A stretch of DNA of 64,000 nucleotides from Antedon mediterranea. Taxonomy: Eukaryota > Animalia > Echinodermata. The stretch's first letter is position 1. Each line of letters begins with the position of its first letter. A program made the translations under genes and the position numbers. Where the stretch lies: the NCBI RefSeq assembly GCF_964355755.1, contig NC_092670.1:31050388-31114387 (forward strand), read 5' to 3'. Under the pieces are notes generated by a model, which searched no databases, was not told the origin of the DNA, and saw nothing but the letters and a program-made list of their open reading frames with translations. Positions 12,601-23,182 of this stretch are shown here, piece by piece.

Positions 12601-13063
12601 ATCTTGGGCTATATTAAAGTAAAATGCATTATAGGTTTCTAATTCATTTTTTGAGCCATTTTACATTAACTCAATTTTACTTTCTTTTACGTGAGTATGG
12701 CTAGATCTTGTTCATTCGTTTATTTTATCAAAAAAGCACATTGTACATACAATAAGGACAATTTTCATGACTAAAAATATTAATACAAAAAAAAAACATG
12801 TAAAACAATGCTAACATTATTTAAAAAAAAAACTGTTATCAACTATTCAATTTAATTGGTTTATTGCACAGTGAGTAATAAAGAATGGTTGAATAGCTGA
12901 TTTAAATGATTAATTACACATTTTTTCAATCTTATTTCAGTCGTTTTTCTTCGTTGGAAGCATTGTGTTTTCTTATGTGTCTTCGTTCATTCTCTCCATT
13001 CTGATAGAAGGACCCTTTATGCAGTTGGAAAAGGTGATTTTTGGAAAAGCCAAGAAAGCGTAA
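450..13063 (+). CDS. nrf-6: NRF-6/OACYL-like multi-pass acyltransferase (Acyl_transf_3 type), 3' portion of a spliced gene; 5' end lies left of the window
   Basis: Exons 450-632, 899-992, 1232-1505, 9417-9496, 10207-10317, 10952-11096, 11318-11504, 12385-12527, 12941-13063 are GT-AG bounded with compatible phases. They give family motifs LNGIRVLSMWWVILGH, SVDTFFVLSG, HRFWRLTP, WYLANDMQFF, YAKPYCR, PLTRLNYGAYLLHP and IEGPFMQLEK. Family-level call, orthology not established. Confidence 0.92.
899..992 (+). CDS. NRF-6-like exon
   Basis: TTAG acceptor, GTAATG donor; DNPAHV...NATFSVDTFFVLS; missed by the ORF track. Confidence 0.88.
1232..1505 (+). CDS. NRF-6-like exon
   Basis: TTTTTAG acceptor, GTGAGA donor; GLLLTYL...HRFWRLTP...WWTNLLYINN. 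Confidence 0.9.
1367..3098. repeat. 866-bp direct tandem duplication (1367-2232 and 2233-3098)
   Basis: Near-identical copies with only a few substitutions seen; CC microhomology at the junction; includes the 3' half of exon 1232-1505 and its donor. Confidence 0.95.
3065..4490 (-). mobile_element. 5'-truncated CR1/Jockey-group LINE (RT and C-terminal region)
   Basis: ORFs 3948-4490 and 3249-3887 are in the same frame, separated by one TAG (likely from TGG); motifs QHGF, DFSKAFD, GVPQGSILGP, FADD, RPHLEY; A-rich tail near 3065-3090. Confidence 0.9.
6344..7857. mobile_element. MULE-type non-autonomous element
   Basis: TIR GGGTGTTTCGAAACTAGAGACC / GGTCTCTAGTTTCGAAACACCC; 9-bp TSD GTTAAAAAC (6335-6343, 7858-7866); internal ATACGAAAAGGGAGACC repeats. 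Confidence 0.88.
6572..7721. mobile_element. Palindromic Academ-like MITE (about 1150 bp)
   Basis: TAGCCTGGGTGCAG ... CTGCACCCAGGCTA, 3-bp TSD TAT; arms are inverted copies of about 560 bp, which explains the mirrored spurious ORFs 6571-6768 and 7535-7765. Confidence 0.85.
9417..9496 (+). CDS. NRF-6-like exon
   Basis: TTGCAG acceptor, GTAAGT donor; CMGWSWYLANDMQFFIISP. Confidence 0.9.
9570..10019. repeat. 15-bp minisatellite (AAATATTATAGAGTG)n, about 30 copies, intronic
   Basis: Directly visible; produces the repetitive ORFs 9519-10127, 9568-10044 and 9597-9956. Confidence 0.97.
10207..10317 (+). CDS. NRF-6-like exon
   Basis: TTTCAG acceptor, GTTGAG donor, phase 2 at both ends; NWKIGLPAISVLCAASIAITAWISYYWG. 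Confidence 0.82.
10952..11096 (+). CDS. NRF-6-like exon
   Basis: CTAG acceptor, GTAAGT donor; YAKPYCRIQAFLVGMAVGYIL. Confidence 0.88.
11318..11504 (+). CDS. NRF-6-like exon
   Basis: TTAG acceptor, GTAATG donor; YNAVSRFVWSVAVGWVIFACITGYGG. Confidence 0.9.
12385..12527 (+). CDS. NRF-6-like exon
   Basis: TTTTAG acceptor, GTACGT donor; FVNTLLS..FWTPLTRLNYGAYLLHP. Confidence 0.9.
12941..13063 (+). CDS. NRF-6-like terminal exon
   Basis: TTTCAG acceptor; SFFFVGSIVFSYVSSFILSILIEGPFMQLEKVIFGKAKKA-stop (TAA 13061-13063). Confidence 0.88.
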   Translation, partial: SFFFVGSIVFSYVSSFILSILIEGPFMQLEKVIFGKAKKA

Positions 13064-14538
13064 TCCTACACCTACAAAAACAAATATTGTTCTACCACCG
13101 AGTTGAATGACAGTTTGTATTACCACCGGTGGTATTACATTACCCTACCTCTTGCTCGTTGCAGTAAAATATTACATTATACAACATTACAAACAAAAAA
13201 ATGGTACACATAGGTTGCAGAAATGTTACAGTAATCCCTCTCTTTCATTTTTAAAAGATAAAACCGATTAAAACATATATTAAATGGGGAAAAATGGTAA
13301 AAGTCATTATAATCGTAGAATAGTACTATTTGTTCTTGTTTAAGTAGAAACTAAAACAAAAATGGATGAGAGAAATGAGAAAAATTCAAACTTTTGAAAA
13401 ATAAGATATTTAGAATTCAAGTTGTAATTTAATAATTTTATTCTATATATGATACAGTAGTACGTGTATGTAACTGTAAGTTTACATCCAGACAAGCATA
13501 CTAAAGTTATAGAATTAACATTTTCACATGGACGTTAACTACCTAACTTTGTCAGCAAGCTAAAGACTTTGTCAAACATCTACACACACGTGTGACCACT
13601 TTTGTATAAGCAAACCTAATCTACCGTTTTAAAATTGTTGTTTCTTTTTTATTTAACTTACCATATTAACCATTAAAATCCACTGTAAAGATAAACGTAT
13701 CGATATCGTAAATCAATTAACTTATATGATAATATTGACTTAAACACTAGTTCATAATAGCAAAATGTAACACATTAATAATTCTTAATAAAAAAAATAA
13801 TAGCCAGCGAATTATTTGTTATCTGTTCATAATAGCAAAATGTAACACATTATCATAACATTATTAACACATTCTTAATAAAAAATGATAGTCAGTGAAT
13901 TATTTGTTTTTTGTTTTTAATGATATTACATTCATTACTAACAAATACAGTAACAGTATTAATGACAGTTGTTTCTCAACGTTTGTATTAGTTAATACTT
14001 ACAACAAATAAACGTCGTAGTGGTGTATTGTTACATGTACTGTACTATTTCAATCGACTATGACAGTGACAGTTAACAAAGTATTAAATCGCAAATGTTT
14101 TACTGTATGGTATATTTTTTATATAGGCCTATAAAACATGAACACATTTCGTTACTGAGTGGATAAGGAATATAATTTTTATTTAAACATTGTTCCTCTT
14201 TGTATCCATCCTTTTCCCCATCCCCAATCATAATGTTATATACAAAACACAAATTGGACTCATTTTGTGACAAATTTCTCTTTCGGCGGAAGTAATTCCC
14301 AGGGTGCTAATTTTAGTCGACTACATAAATCATCGTGTCTATTTCTTCGTTTCTGTAAACGACAACGTATTAATTATAGACCTGAGCGGTACGTACATTT
14401 ACAAAAACAGTTTTTTTATGCTGAAATTACTGTATATTCGAGGACCATCTGTAGGCACGATATAGATGGCACGTGAGCGTACCGTCTGGTTTATTAAATA
14501 ACCGTTAATGTGGTTTACAATAGGCTCCACAACCCTTT

Positions 14539-16424
14539 TAGTCAGGTGGCTTAGCGACTAAAACGTTACACGGTGGACAAAAGCACCAAATTTTGCATGA
14601 GGCTTCTTTTAGGCGTACTAATTGATTTTTGCCTAGGAGCCACCCGATCAGCTTCCGATTTTCTAAGATGGCGGCCAAAATCCAAAATGGCTGCCAGTAA
14701 ATTGATATATCATAATTATATCTCTGACTGTAAAAGTTACAAATAGACAAATAATGTAATGAATCAAGAATTTTTGAGGTCAGTAAAACAGATTCAGGAA
14801 ATATTATATAAAGTGAGTTCCAAGATGGCGCCCAAAAATAAAAATGGTAGCCATTGAAATTGAAATAATATAATCGTATACAAAATCACAAATAGTTCAT
14901 TCCTAATGTATTTTAGTCTGCAAATCAGAAGAAAAGTGCAAGCATTGCATTTTATGAATGTTTTAACCATGCCAGTTATAAAAACCCATGTTATCAAATT
15001 TCTAAAGTTTTTCCTTGACCTTTGACCTCAATTTGAATATTTTAATTCAATTGAAAACTAAATAACCATATCTCCGCAACGCTTACATTAAATTATATAA
15101 TTTTAGTGTCAAATTATTTGGAAGATGCATATTAATATTCGTCCTAATGGAAACATTTGTCAAAAAATGGCCGGAAGTATGATTTTTGGTATTTTTGACC
15201 TTTGACCTACATGTCATATAACTTGGTAACTAACAGTTGGACAAACTTTAAATAGATCTCAAATTAATCAGAAGATTGATGTTTCTATTCAGTCTAATAC
15301 AAACTTTTCCAAGAAAATGACCCAGATTCTTGTTATTGACCTTTGACCTGTACTGGTAGTACACATTTCTATATCTCGAAAACTAGTGGTCGTAAACATT
15401 TTTTTATGAGAAATTGTTAAAATAAATATATATTTATATGTTTTATAATAAAACAGTTTCTATGAAAATGTAAAGAATCCTATTTATGATAACTAAATTT
15501 GTAATTTGTTAACATCCAATAGTATTTGTTATGTATTAAAATGTGTTATATTTGTTGATTTTAGGCACTTAACGTAAATTTATCTGAACTATGGATATTT
15601 AATGTAAAATTTGTTTTATTTAATATAAAGAAAATGTAATTATCTATCAAATAAGACCATTTAAAAAATATTCTGACAAAAACTTAGTTAGTTACAGGTA
15701 AAAAAGTGTACTTTTACTTATGTGAACAGCGCCCTCAATCTTTATTTTCCCAAAAATACCACCTTTTATGTGGTTTCAGAAACTGAACTGGTTATAACTT
15801 TTTTTTTATAGATTTTTTTTACAGTTACTTGTAATTTACATACCACCTCTACCATTTACTACAGCTACTTCATTTACATACTTCTGCCATCCACAGATAC
15901 TGTATGTGATTTCCTAGTTTACTGGCAGCCATTTTGGATTTTTCCCACCATCTTTGCAACGAGTGACCTATATTATGTACCATGTCTAAATATGTTTCAA
16001 TGACCATGGTTAGGCCTACTCCATGTTTTCCTACTTCGTTTGATACCTATATGCGAGTTCTGCAACCAAAATGATATTCCAGTTTAGACTACTGGCAGCC
16101 ATGTTAGATTTTGGCCACCATCTTAACAATGAATGACCTATGTCATGCAAAATGTCTCAAATATGTTTCAATGACCATGAATACTTATGTTTTGATAGTT
16201 CATTTGCCTATAATATGTGACCTCTGCAACAAATGAAATCTGATTTTCCAATTCATTGGCGGCCATTTTGGATTTTGGCCGCCATCTTGAAAAATAAATT
16301 ACGACCAGAGTGGCTCCTAGGCAAAAATCAATTGGTAGGTCCCAACAAAGCTCCATGCCAAATTTGGCGCATTTGTCCACCGTGTAATGATTTCCTCATT
16401 TTTTGTTGTTAAGCCACCTGACTA
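14539..16424. mobile_element. Academ-like non-autonomous DNA transposon
   Basis: TIR TAGTCAGGTGGCTTA / TAAGCCACCTGACTA with imperfect inversion extending about 150 bp; 3-bp TSD TTT. Confidence 0.85.
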
Positions 16425-16443
16425 TTTATGGTTTTTTCACCAG

Positions 16444-17205
16444 TGGTCGGATTTATCAAACTTGTTTAGCAATAAAAACGGCTTAACTTTACCCTAAATC
16501 CTTGATTTGCTCAATTTAGATTTATTAATAATACTAAGCAACAGTATTTGCTTCATTATATCTTAAATCTAAGGCGAACAACACCCTGCCTTAAGAACAA
16601 TGTCGTATTATCTAATTTCTGCAACAACAAACAAAATCTGTTTTGACAACGCAAGTGCGCTAGGCCGGAACATCAAAAAGCTAGTGCGTTTTCCGCTGTA
16701 CCACGGCGGACGCTAAAGTAATGATATCGATCTTCGGTAAGATTGCCTAGAAATTGAAAGAGCAAAACTCAAATTTTCGGGATAGGTACGACCTATTTGA
16801 CTAACTTTGAAACCTCTATCGGCTGCCAAGGGTCGCTGTCATTGATACAACATAAATAAGTGTTGATTTGATTTATTTTTAGAGGGAATTATTTTCGTTT
16901 GTATTTCCGAATTTGTGTTCTTTTTCTATTTCAAGTAATAAAAGCATAGTAACAAGAATGCAATGCGTCCTCTCTTGCTGGCAGAAAAAAGCTAATGCGC
17001 ACGCGTAAGCAAGAATTTTTCATCTTAAGACATAAATTACTGTCCTCTAGAGTTTAATATTACGCACGCAACAAAACGTAATATTTACCTAAGCCAATTT
17101 TTCTGCTAAGACGGTTTGATAAATAATTTTAAGTTATTTGCTTAAGCACTTCCTAAAAGTTCCAGCTTAAGCAAAAATATAAGCAAATATTGATAAATTC
17201 CAACC
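16444..17205. mobile_element. Degenerate MITE, possibly PIF/Harbinger-like
   Basis: Imperfect TIR GGTCGGATTTATCAA / TTGATAAATTCCAACC with CAG on both flanks. Confidence 0.5.
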
Positions 17206-17814
17206 CAGATGAGTGGATATTTTTGCTTCCACCTATATCATTTACAATTCCATGAATTGTTTGCATTTACTTTAGTATTGTTAAAAATATTTTCATAATA
17301 TGATCTCTGTGCATTTTTACATGTGTGCATAAATGACTTATTCAACTTTTTATACGCATGTATACTCTTTATACAAGTTGGCCTTTACGTGGTTCTCTGT
17401 GCACCAACATTATATTACATTTCTTTTAGTATTTATTGACGATTTACATAATACATGCCAAAAACTGCTTCACGCAACTGGCCAATTCACCATCGAATTA
17501 AGAGCATGAATCCATGATTGCAAGGCATTGCTCACATAAAATTTACTACTTTTCATGGGTGCTTTCTGGTGTCTGATTACCTTATAAACTATCAGCAGCT
17601 TAAAAGAATGATAATCAGGCGTACATGACATGTACTGTCATTATATAAGCTCTCTCAGTCACTGTAAACAAAACATAATAGATAAACAGATGATGTAGCT
17701 GGATTGAATAAATTATATACAAGTTATCCAAGTGAAACGATAAATTAAAAACCGTATTTTTAACATATGAGAGTGTTTGGAAACCTATAATATTACCTTT
17801 TACTTGTTCAAAAA

Positions 17815-18046
17815 TATAAAAGTAAATGTAATTCGTCCTCACTGTTAACCCATGGGAACTGAGAAGGAAATTCAGTTTTGGTCTTCTACGAACTAACGGT
17901 AGCCTAGAGGGCCTACACAGATCATCACACCATTTCGAAAGATGAGGAATTGAGAGTAATGCCTAAATATACAATAAATAACGACACAGGCAGGCTCGAA
18001 ACCATGTCTCGTGCTTGCTATCCGATTTCCATTACACCACTTTCTG
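17815..18046 (-). mobile_element. tRNA-derived SINE (degenerate)
   Basis: Minus strand A box TGGTGTAATGG and B box GGTTCGAGCC; body and tail resemble the adjacent SINE (ACTCTCA.TT.CCTCATC..TCG; TGAGGAC.AAT). Confidence 0.65.
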
Positions 18047-18084
18047 TTCTATAAATCTGCTATAGGCCTACCCTTCGGTTAACA

Positions 18085-18540
18085 ATGGTAAAGGTAATTG
18101 TATTTATATTTGTCCTCAAGCTTAACCGGAAACTGAGGAAATTCGGATTAGGCCCTCCACGGACCCATGACAGCCAGCGGTGCAGCGCCTACCAGATCAG
18201 CACACCGGGAGAAGATTCCCTACTCTTTTCGAATAGTGTACCAAGTTCTTTAACATGCACTGTTAAGTACACGGGACCAACAGCTTTACACCCCATCCGA
18301 AGGATGAGGCAATGAGAGTAAAGCATCTTGCATAAGGATGCAGTTAGTATGGTACAGATAACCTCGAGACCATGCCTATCACATGCTAGTCCGATATTAT
18401 CATTACCCCATCACTCTCCAGTTATACAGCACCCGCCGCAATTTAGACGACGGTCTCTTATCCAGAACGCAACCGGGCCCAACGTTGCTTAACTCCGGTG
18501 ATCTGACGAGAACCGGTGTTTCAACGAAGTTGGTCAGGTT
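18085..18540 (-). mobile_element. Chimeric SINE: 5S rRNA-derived head + tRNA-like segment + Deu/Nin-like core + tail
   Basis: 5S-like 18423-18540; decayed A/B boxes at about 18360-18412; core CCTTCGGATGGGGTGTAAAGCTGTTGGTCCCG...CACTATTCGAAAAGAGTAGGG...CCCGGTGT at about 18200-18305. Confidence 0.72.
18423..18540 (-). pseudogene. 5S rRNA-derived sequence (diverged, not a functional rRNA gene)
   Basis: Minus strand CGTTGAAACACCGGTTCTCGTCAGATCACCGGAGTTAAGCAACGTTGGGCCCGGTT...CTGGATAAGAGACCG...CGGGTGCTGTA follows metazoan 5S rRNA over about 118 nt; no oligo-T terminator. Confidence 0.85.
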
Positions 18541-19647
18541 TGACGTAAAGAAATAGTTCTCTATGTAAGTAAGGCTTCCCTTAATACCTACATATTTGGA
18601 AATCAATGTTTTTAGTTGTACATTAGAGCATGTTTGGACACGTATCCTGCCAAATTAACAAAAATAATCTCGTCTACTTCTTGCGTAGCCAAGATTTTGT
18701 GGAGTGGTTCGAATTTCGAAAGTAGCGCCTTTAGTAGGTTTAACCACCACCCAAATGATTACGTTTGTGTAAACTGTCGTGGTTCGGGAATCCTTAATAT
18801 TGATTTGCTAGGTTTAGACCATTAAGGTTTGGTTTGTGAAGCCATGTATCCCATGCAACGAAACAATACGCAAAATGAGGCTGTATTTACTCTGTATCGT
18901 TTATTTTTCTAAACAGGAACAACAAACCCTGTATAAAACAACGTCATAAATATTATGCATCAGCAGTGTAATATAATTCAACAATAAAAACAATCACAAG
19001 CAAGCTTACTACAATATGGTCACTTCACTAATTATCAATTAGTATTACTGTATATAACATTTAACGAACTTATACCTGGATCCAATACACCAATTTCATA
19101 CTACTAATCACGTCAACCTGGTAAGTTATCCAATTAACTTCAACATGGTATGTTATACAACTAACTTCAACATGTATGCTATCTAATAAGACAAAGCTGT
19201 ATATCAAAGAGAAATTATTAAACAGTGAATTCATGGTCGTTACAAATAATGAACGATAACAACTTAACTCGGTTATGCACATGGAGTAATACTGTAAAAC
19301 ATTATGGTTGTATAGAAAATATCTACTCACAGTATTGGCGAGAATCCACACTTTAAAGAAATACAGTATATAACATGTCTTACTCAGACAACAACTAAAA
19401 CAACTTCTGCATAACCAACGCTCACGCAGCCTATTCAATATAATCATTCACCTGATATGCAAATACGCCCGCGAATACCAGTAGTGAACAATAGCAATGC
19501 AATGCAATATATTGCGCCACCAATAATGTAGATATAAGAAACTTCGGAAGCTTTCCGATCCATTACAAAACGTTAACAAGTTAATCGGAAAATGGTAGGG
19601 ACGAACTGTATCAGACACACCATCGGGGCCGCCGGAACGTTTTAAAA

Positions 19648-21091
19648 TGTGGCACATGCAAGGGAAAGAAGGCATAAGTTGGAATTTTCAAAATTGAGAT
19701 TTTCACAAATAATAATAATAACTACATAATCCAAGATTTAAAATGCTGAAAAAAATATCTTTATACCAAGATTCAAGATTCAAGATTCAAGAAATTTTAT
19801 TTGTCCATAAAAATGGAAATTCACTTTGCTTGGTAGATTAAAACAACAATAATTGCAACAATTTAAAAACGTGCAGTATTATAACAGATTAAAAATAAGA
19901 GATAAAAAGTTAAAAATGTGAAATTATTAAAAATTGCATTAACGTCTTACATTAGAATTAAAAATATGAATGCTATTTACAACGAAGGATTTTCTAGTTC
20001 TACAAAGATTTGCTTTTGGAGGTCGTAGCCTAATGCCTGATCTATTTAAGTTATAACAGTAATGTAACGGATGAGTGGGGTCTTTCATAATATTGTTTAC
20101 TTTTTTTAAAATAGATAAATGAACAAGGCGTTAGATCAGCTTTAATAATACATTGTGCAATTTTACGTGGTCTCTCAATATTTTTCTTATCATTTTCAGT
20201 AAAGTTACCATAAAAACATCCAATGCTAAAAGATAAAATACTTTGAATAATACTTTGATAAAATAGAATTAAAAATAGTGTTATCAACTCTAATTTGCTT
20301 GAGTTTTCTGAGAAAGTAGAGCCTTTGAGATGCCTTCTTGGAAATCATGAGAGAGTTTGACTCCCATTTTAATTTGTTGTCAATTATAGTACCTAAGTAT
20401 TTGTATTGGGTTACTCTTTCAACCTCGGTTTCTTTAATAGTTATTACATTATGTTCAGCTGCGGTTTTACGAAAATCTATTATCATCTCTTTGGTTTTAG
20501 TAATATTAAGTATTAAGTTCATATCCTCACACCAATTAACAAATCTTCCAACTTCATTAACAAATTCATTTACATTATGCTTACTATCGCAAAGAAAACC
20601 ATGTCTACTTCCAGAGATATCTCAGTCTAAATTTTGGGCTGTTACAATCAGTATTTTGAGAAAAAATTCTTTTAAATTTAAGTTACAGAAAATGATAAAT
20701 ACACAAAAACTCGTCTTAGCAAAAGGATATTCTAATTGTTTTATTTCAATGAAACTTCACACCTTCGTTAATTAACTATTGTTCTATTATTATGCAAAAT
20801 TTTCATTAAAATCAACCGACTGGAACACTTTCAATTTAAGCATAAAACATGATAGATTTTATGAAAATCATACATAATTTACACCATCTTTTTAACAAAC
20901 ATACCACACAGAATGTTAAAATTTATGTAGTTATTTGTCTAAAAATAGAAAAACACCAAGGTAATATAAATAAATATAAATCATTTTCTGTAAAAATAAA
21001 AAATTTTAATTTTTTCAGCCTTTTATTGTTTTGGCTGTTTCTATAAATCTACAAATGCGACTAATGTCCAATTTCCCTTCCATGTGCCACA
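19648..21091. mobile_element. Unclassified TIR element (MITE) interrupted by a LINE fragment
   Basis: TGTGGCACATGCAAGGGAAA / TTTCCCTTCCATGTGCCACA inverted termini. Confidence 0.7.
19768..20578 (-). mobile_element. 3' fragment of an L2/Rex1-type LINE
   Basis: LNITKTKEMIIDFRK...YKYLGTIIDNKLKW...QRLYFLRKL; (TCTTGAA)n tail at 19768-19792. Confidence 0.85.
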
Positions 21092-21791
21092 AATGAGGAA
21101 TATGAAAGTCATGGTAAATATGAATTTTGCGACCAACCTAACCAGCAGGAGAAGCATTCAGTGTTATAAAATGATAATTTAGGAAAATGGACTTCCAGGT
21201 GCCTGAAAGTCTCACTACTCTAAACAAATACGGAAGGGGGTTGGTTGTAGGTGGTACATTTCTATTAGAGCTTAGAAAATAGCTGATTAAATTGTTTCAA
21301 GAAATAAACATAAATAGGATATATATCCTGCATCGTAAAACGAAGACTCGGCAACCCGTTCCCTTTTAAAAGAATTTTAATTACAATAATTTTTCGATTT
21401 AACTATAATTTTTGGGTCGGCGCACCAGAAAATTTACCCCGACGCGTGCACTCTCACTCTACAGGTGTAGAATTCTCCACTATACCTTAGGCCTGGAGCA
21501 ACAACAATTTAAGAATATAAACTTTTAGATGGTATCAAATTTCCAGCTTGTAATTAAATAGCATTGGGCGTTGTGATTTTACTAACCAAGGTATAGTTTT
21601 TTTACAGCTCCTGAAATATAGTTAAAATTTGACGTTTTCTAAATCTCGATTGATTTCTAAGTGAGTATAATACAGTGAATAAGTCAAGTTAAACCAAGTC
21701 TTTGTTAAGGTGGAAGTTTTTTACCTGAAAGAAATACTAGGAAAAAACAATTTGTATATCATTCACGTCTAAGCCCGGTTAAAGCCAAACA

Positions 21792-23117
21792 ATGGCGTCA
21801 AAAACCCATAGAAACGGGACTAACAAAGGAATGTACAGTGCTGCACAGGCTGACGGTGACGAAATCAGCAGGATGAACGGGCAAACAGTAAACAAAGAAC
21901 GTAGTGTAGTGAAGCCAATCTTTTTGAAAGCTGATCAAATACCAACAGGAAAAAGCTTTTTCAAAGATGAAGACCTATGTATAGCCCTACTAAAAATAAT
22001 TGCTGCAGAAAGTATAATCGGTGTTCAAAAAATACGGAACCTATGGCGAATTTATCTAAATAATAGAAATGATAGAGTGAAACTAATTACGAATGGACTA
22101 AACATTAGGAATTGTAATATTACAATTCATGATAAAAATCCTTATTTGGCATACAACAACATGGAAACAACGAGAATAGTCATAAAAGATATAACATTAT
22201 CGGTTGCTGACGTAGAGATTGCTAGCAAGTTGAAAGCGCTAGGATTCAAACCAATAGGAGATGTTACAAGGCTAAAAATAAGGGTTAATGGTCAATTAAC
22301 CAGCTGGCTAAACGGTGACAGAGCTGTCGTTGTAGAAAAGCTAAAATCGCCAATACCAAGACAGATAATAATACATGGTTTTAGAGCACGGGCTTTTCAT
22401 GACGGTCAGGAAGTGAAATGCAACAAATGTACAAAGACTGGGCATTTAGCTTTTCAATTCAAAGCTGATATAATCTGTTTCAAGTGTCATTTACCAGGGC
22501 ATACTAGGGACAGATGTAATGTTGAAGCGCATAATGTATCATCATCTGGTTCACCTGGTGCATACATTAATAAAGTTTGGGAATCGGTTTTTAACTTTGA
22601 AAACCCAAAAAATAATAATGCTAACGATAACCACTACGGGAAAAGAGCTACGGTACAATCTGATACAGAAACACATGATGAAGTGTTTAGTATTGATGGA
22701 AGTAGTGAATCATCAGATGATGAAAATGCGCAGAAAGAAACAAGTGTGATCACTATATAACAACACACAAACCAAAATAAGCAGGAAGATGATGACAGAG
22801 AGGAGCAGAGAGAAGAGCAGGAAGTGGACGAAAGAGAGGAGGAGGAAGTTGAAGAAGGAGAGGAACAAGAAGTACCGGGAAGAAAGTACCAGAAAGCTGA
22901 AGAAAGAGAGGAGCAGGAAGTTGGGGAAAGAGAGGAGCATGAACAGAAGAAGGTAACTGACTACTTTGAAAAAAGTATGCAAAAAAGTAAAAGTGTTAGC
23001 ACAAACAAGAAAGTAGCGAGAGATCTGAAGGAACAGTCCGGAAATGAAGGCAGGACAGAAGAAAAAACAAAGAGTATTGAAAAAAGAAGTTTAAGAAAGA
23101 GAAACAAAAACAAGTAA
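21792..23117 (+). pseudogene. Tx1-type ORF1 (gag-like; zinc knuckles; acidic/basic tail) with one in-frame stop
   Basis: CNKCTKTGHLAFQF (last Cys lost) and CFKCHLPGHTRDRC; ORFs 21792-22760 and 22824-23117 share a frame across TAA at 22758-22760. Confidence 0.85.
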
Positions 23118-23182
23118 TTTAATCTTAATAATATGTATTCTAAATATTGTAATTTCCCTAGGAAGCTCTTTACTCTAATCTT

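Noticed and set aside
18423-18540. Functional 5S rRNA gene
   Set aside because: Many substitutions in the box C and terminal-stem regions, no T-run terminator, not in a tandem array.
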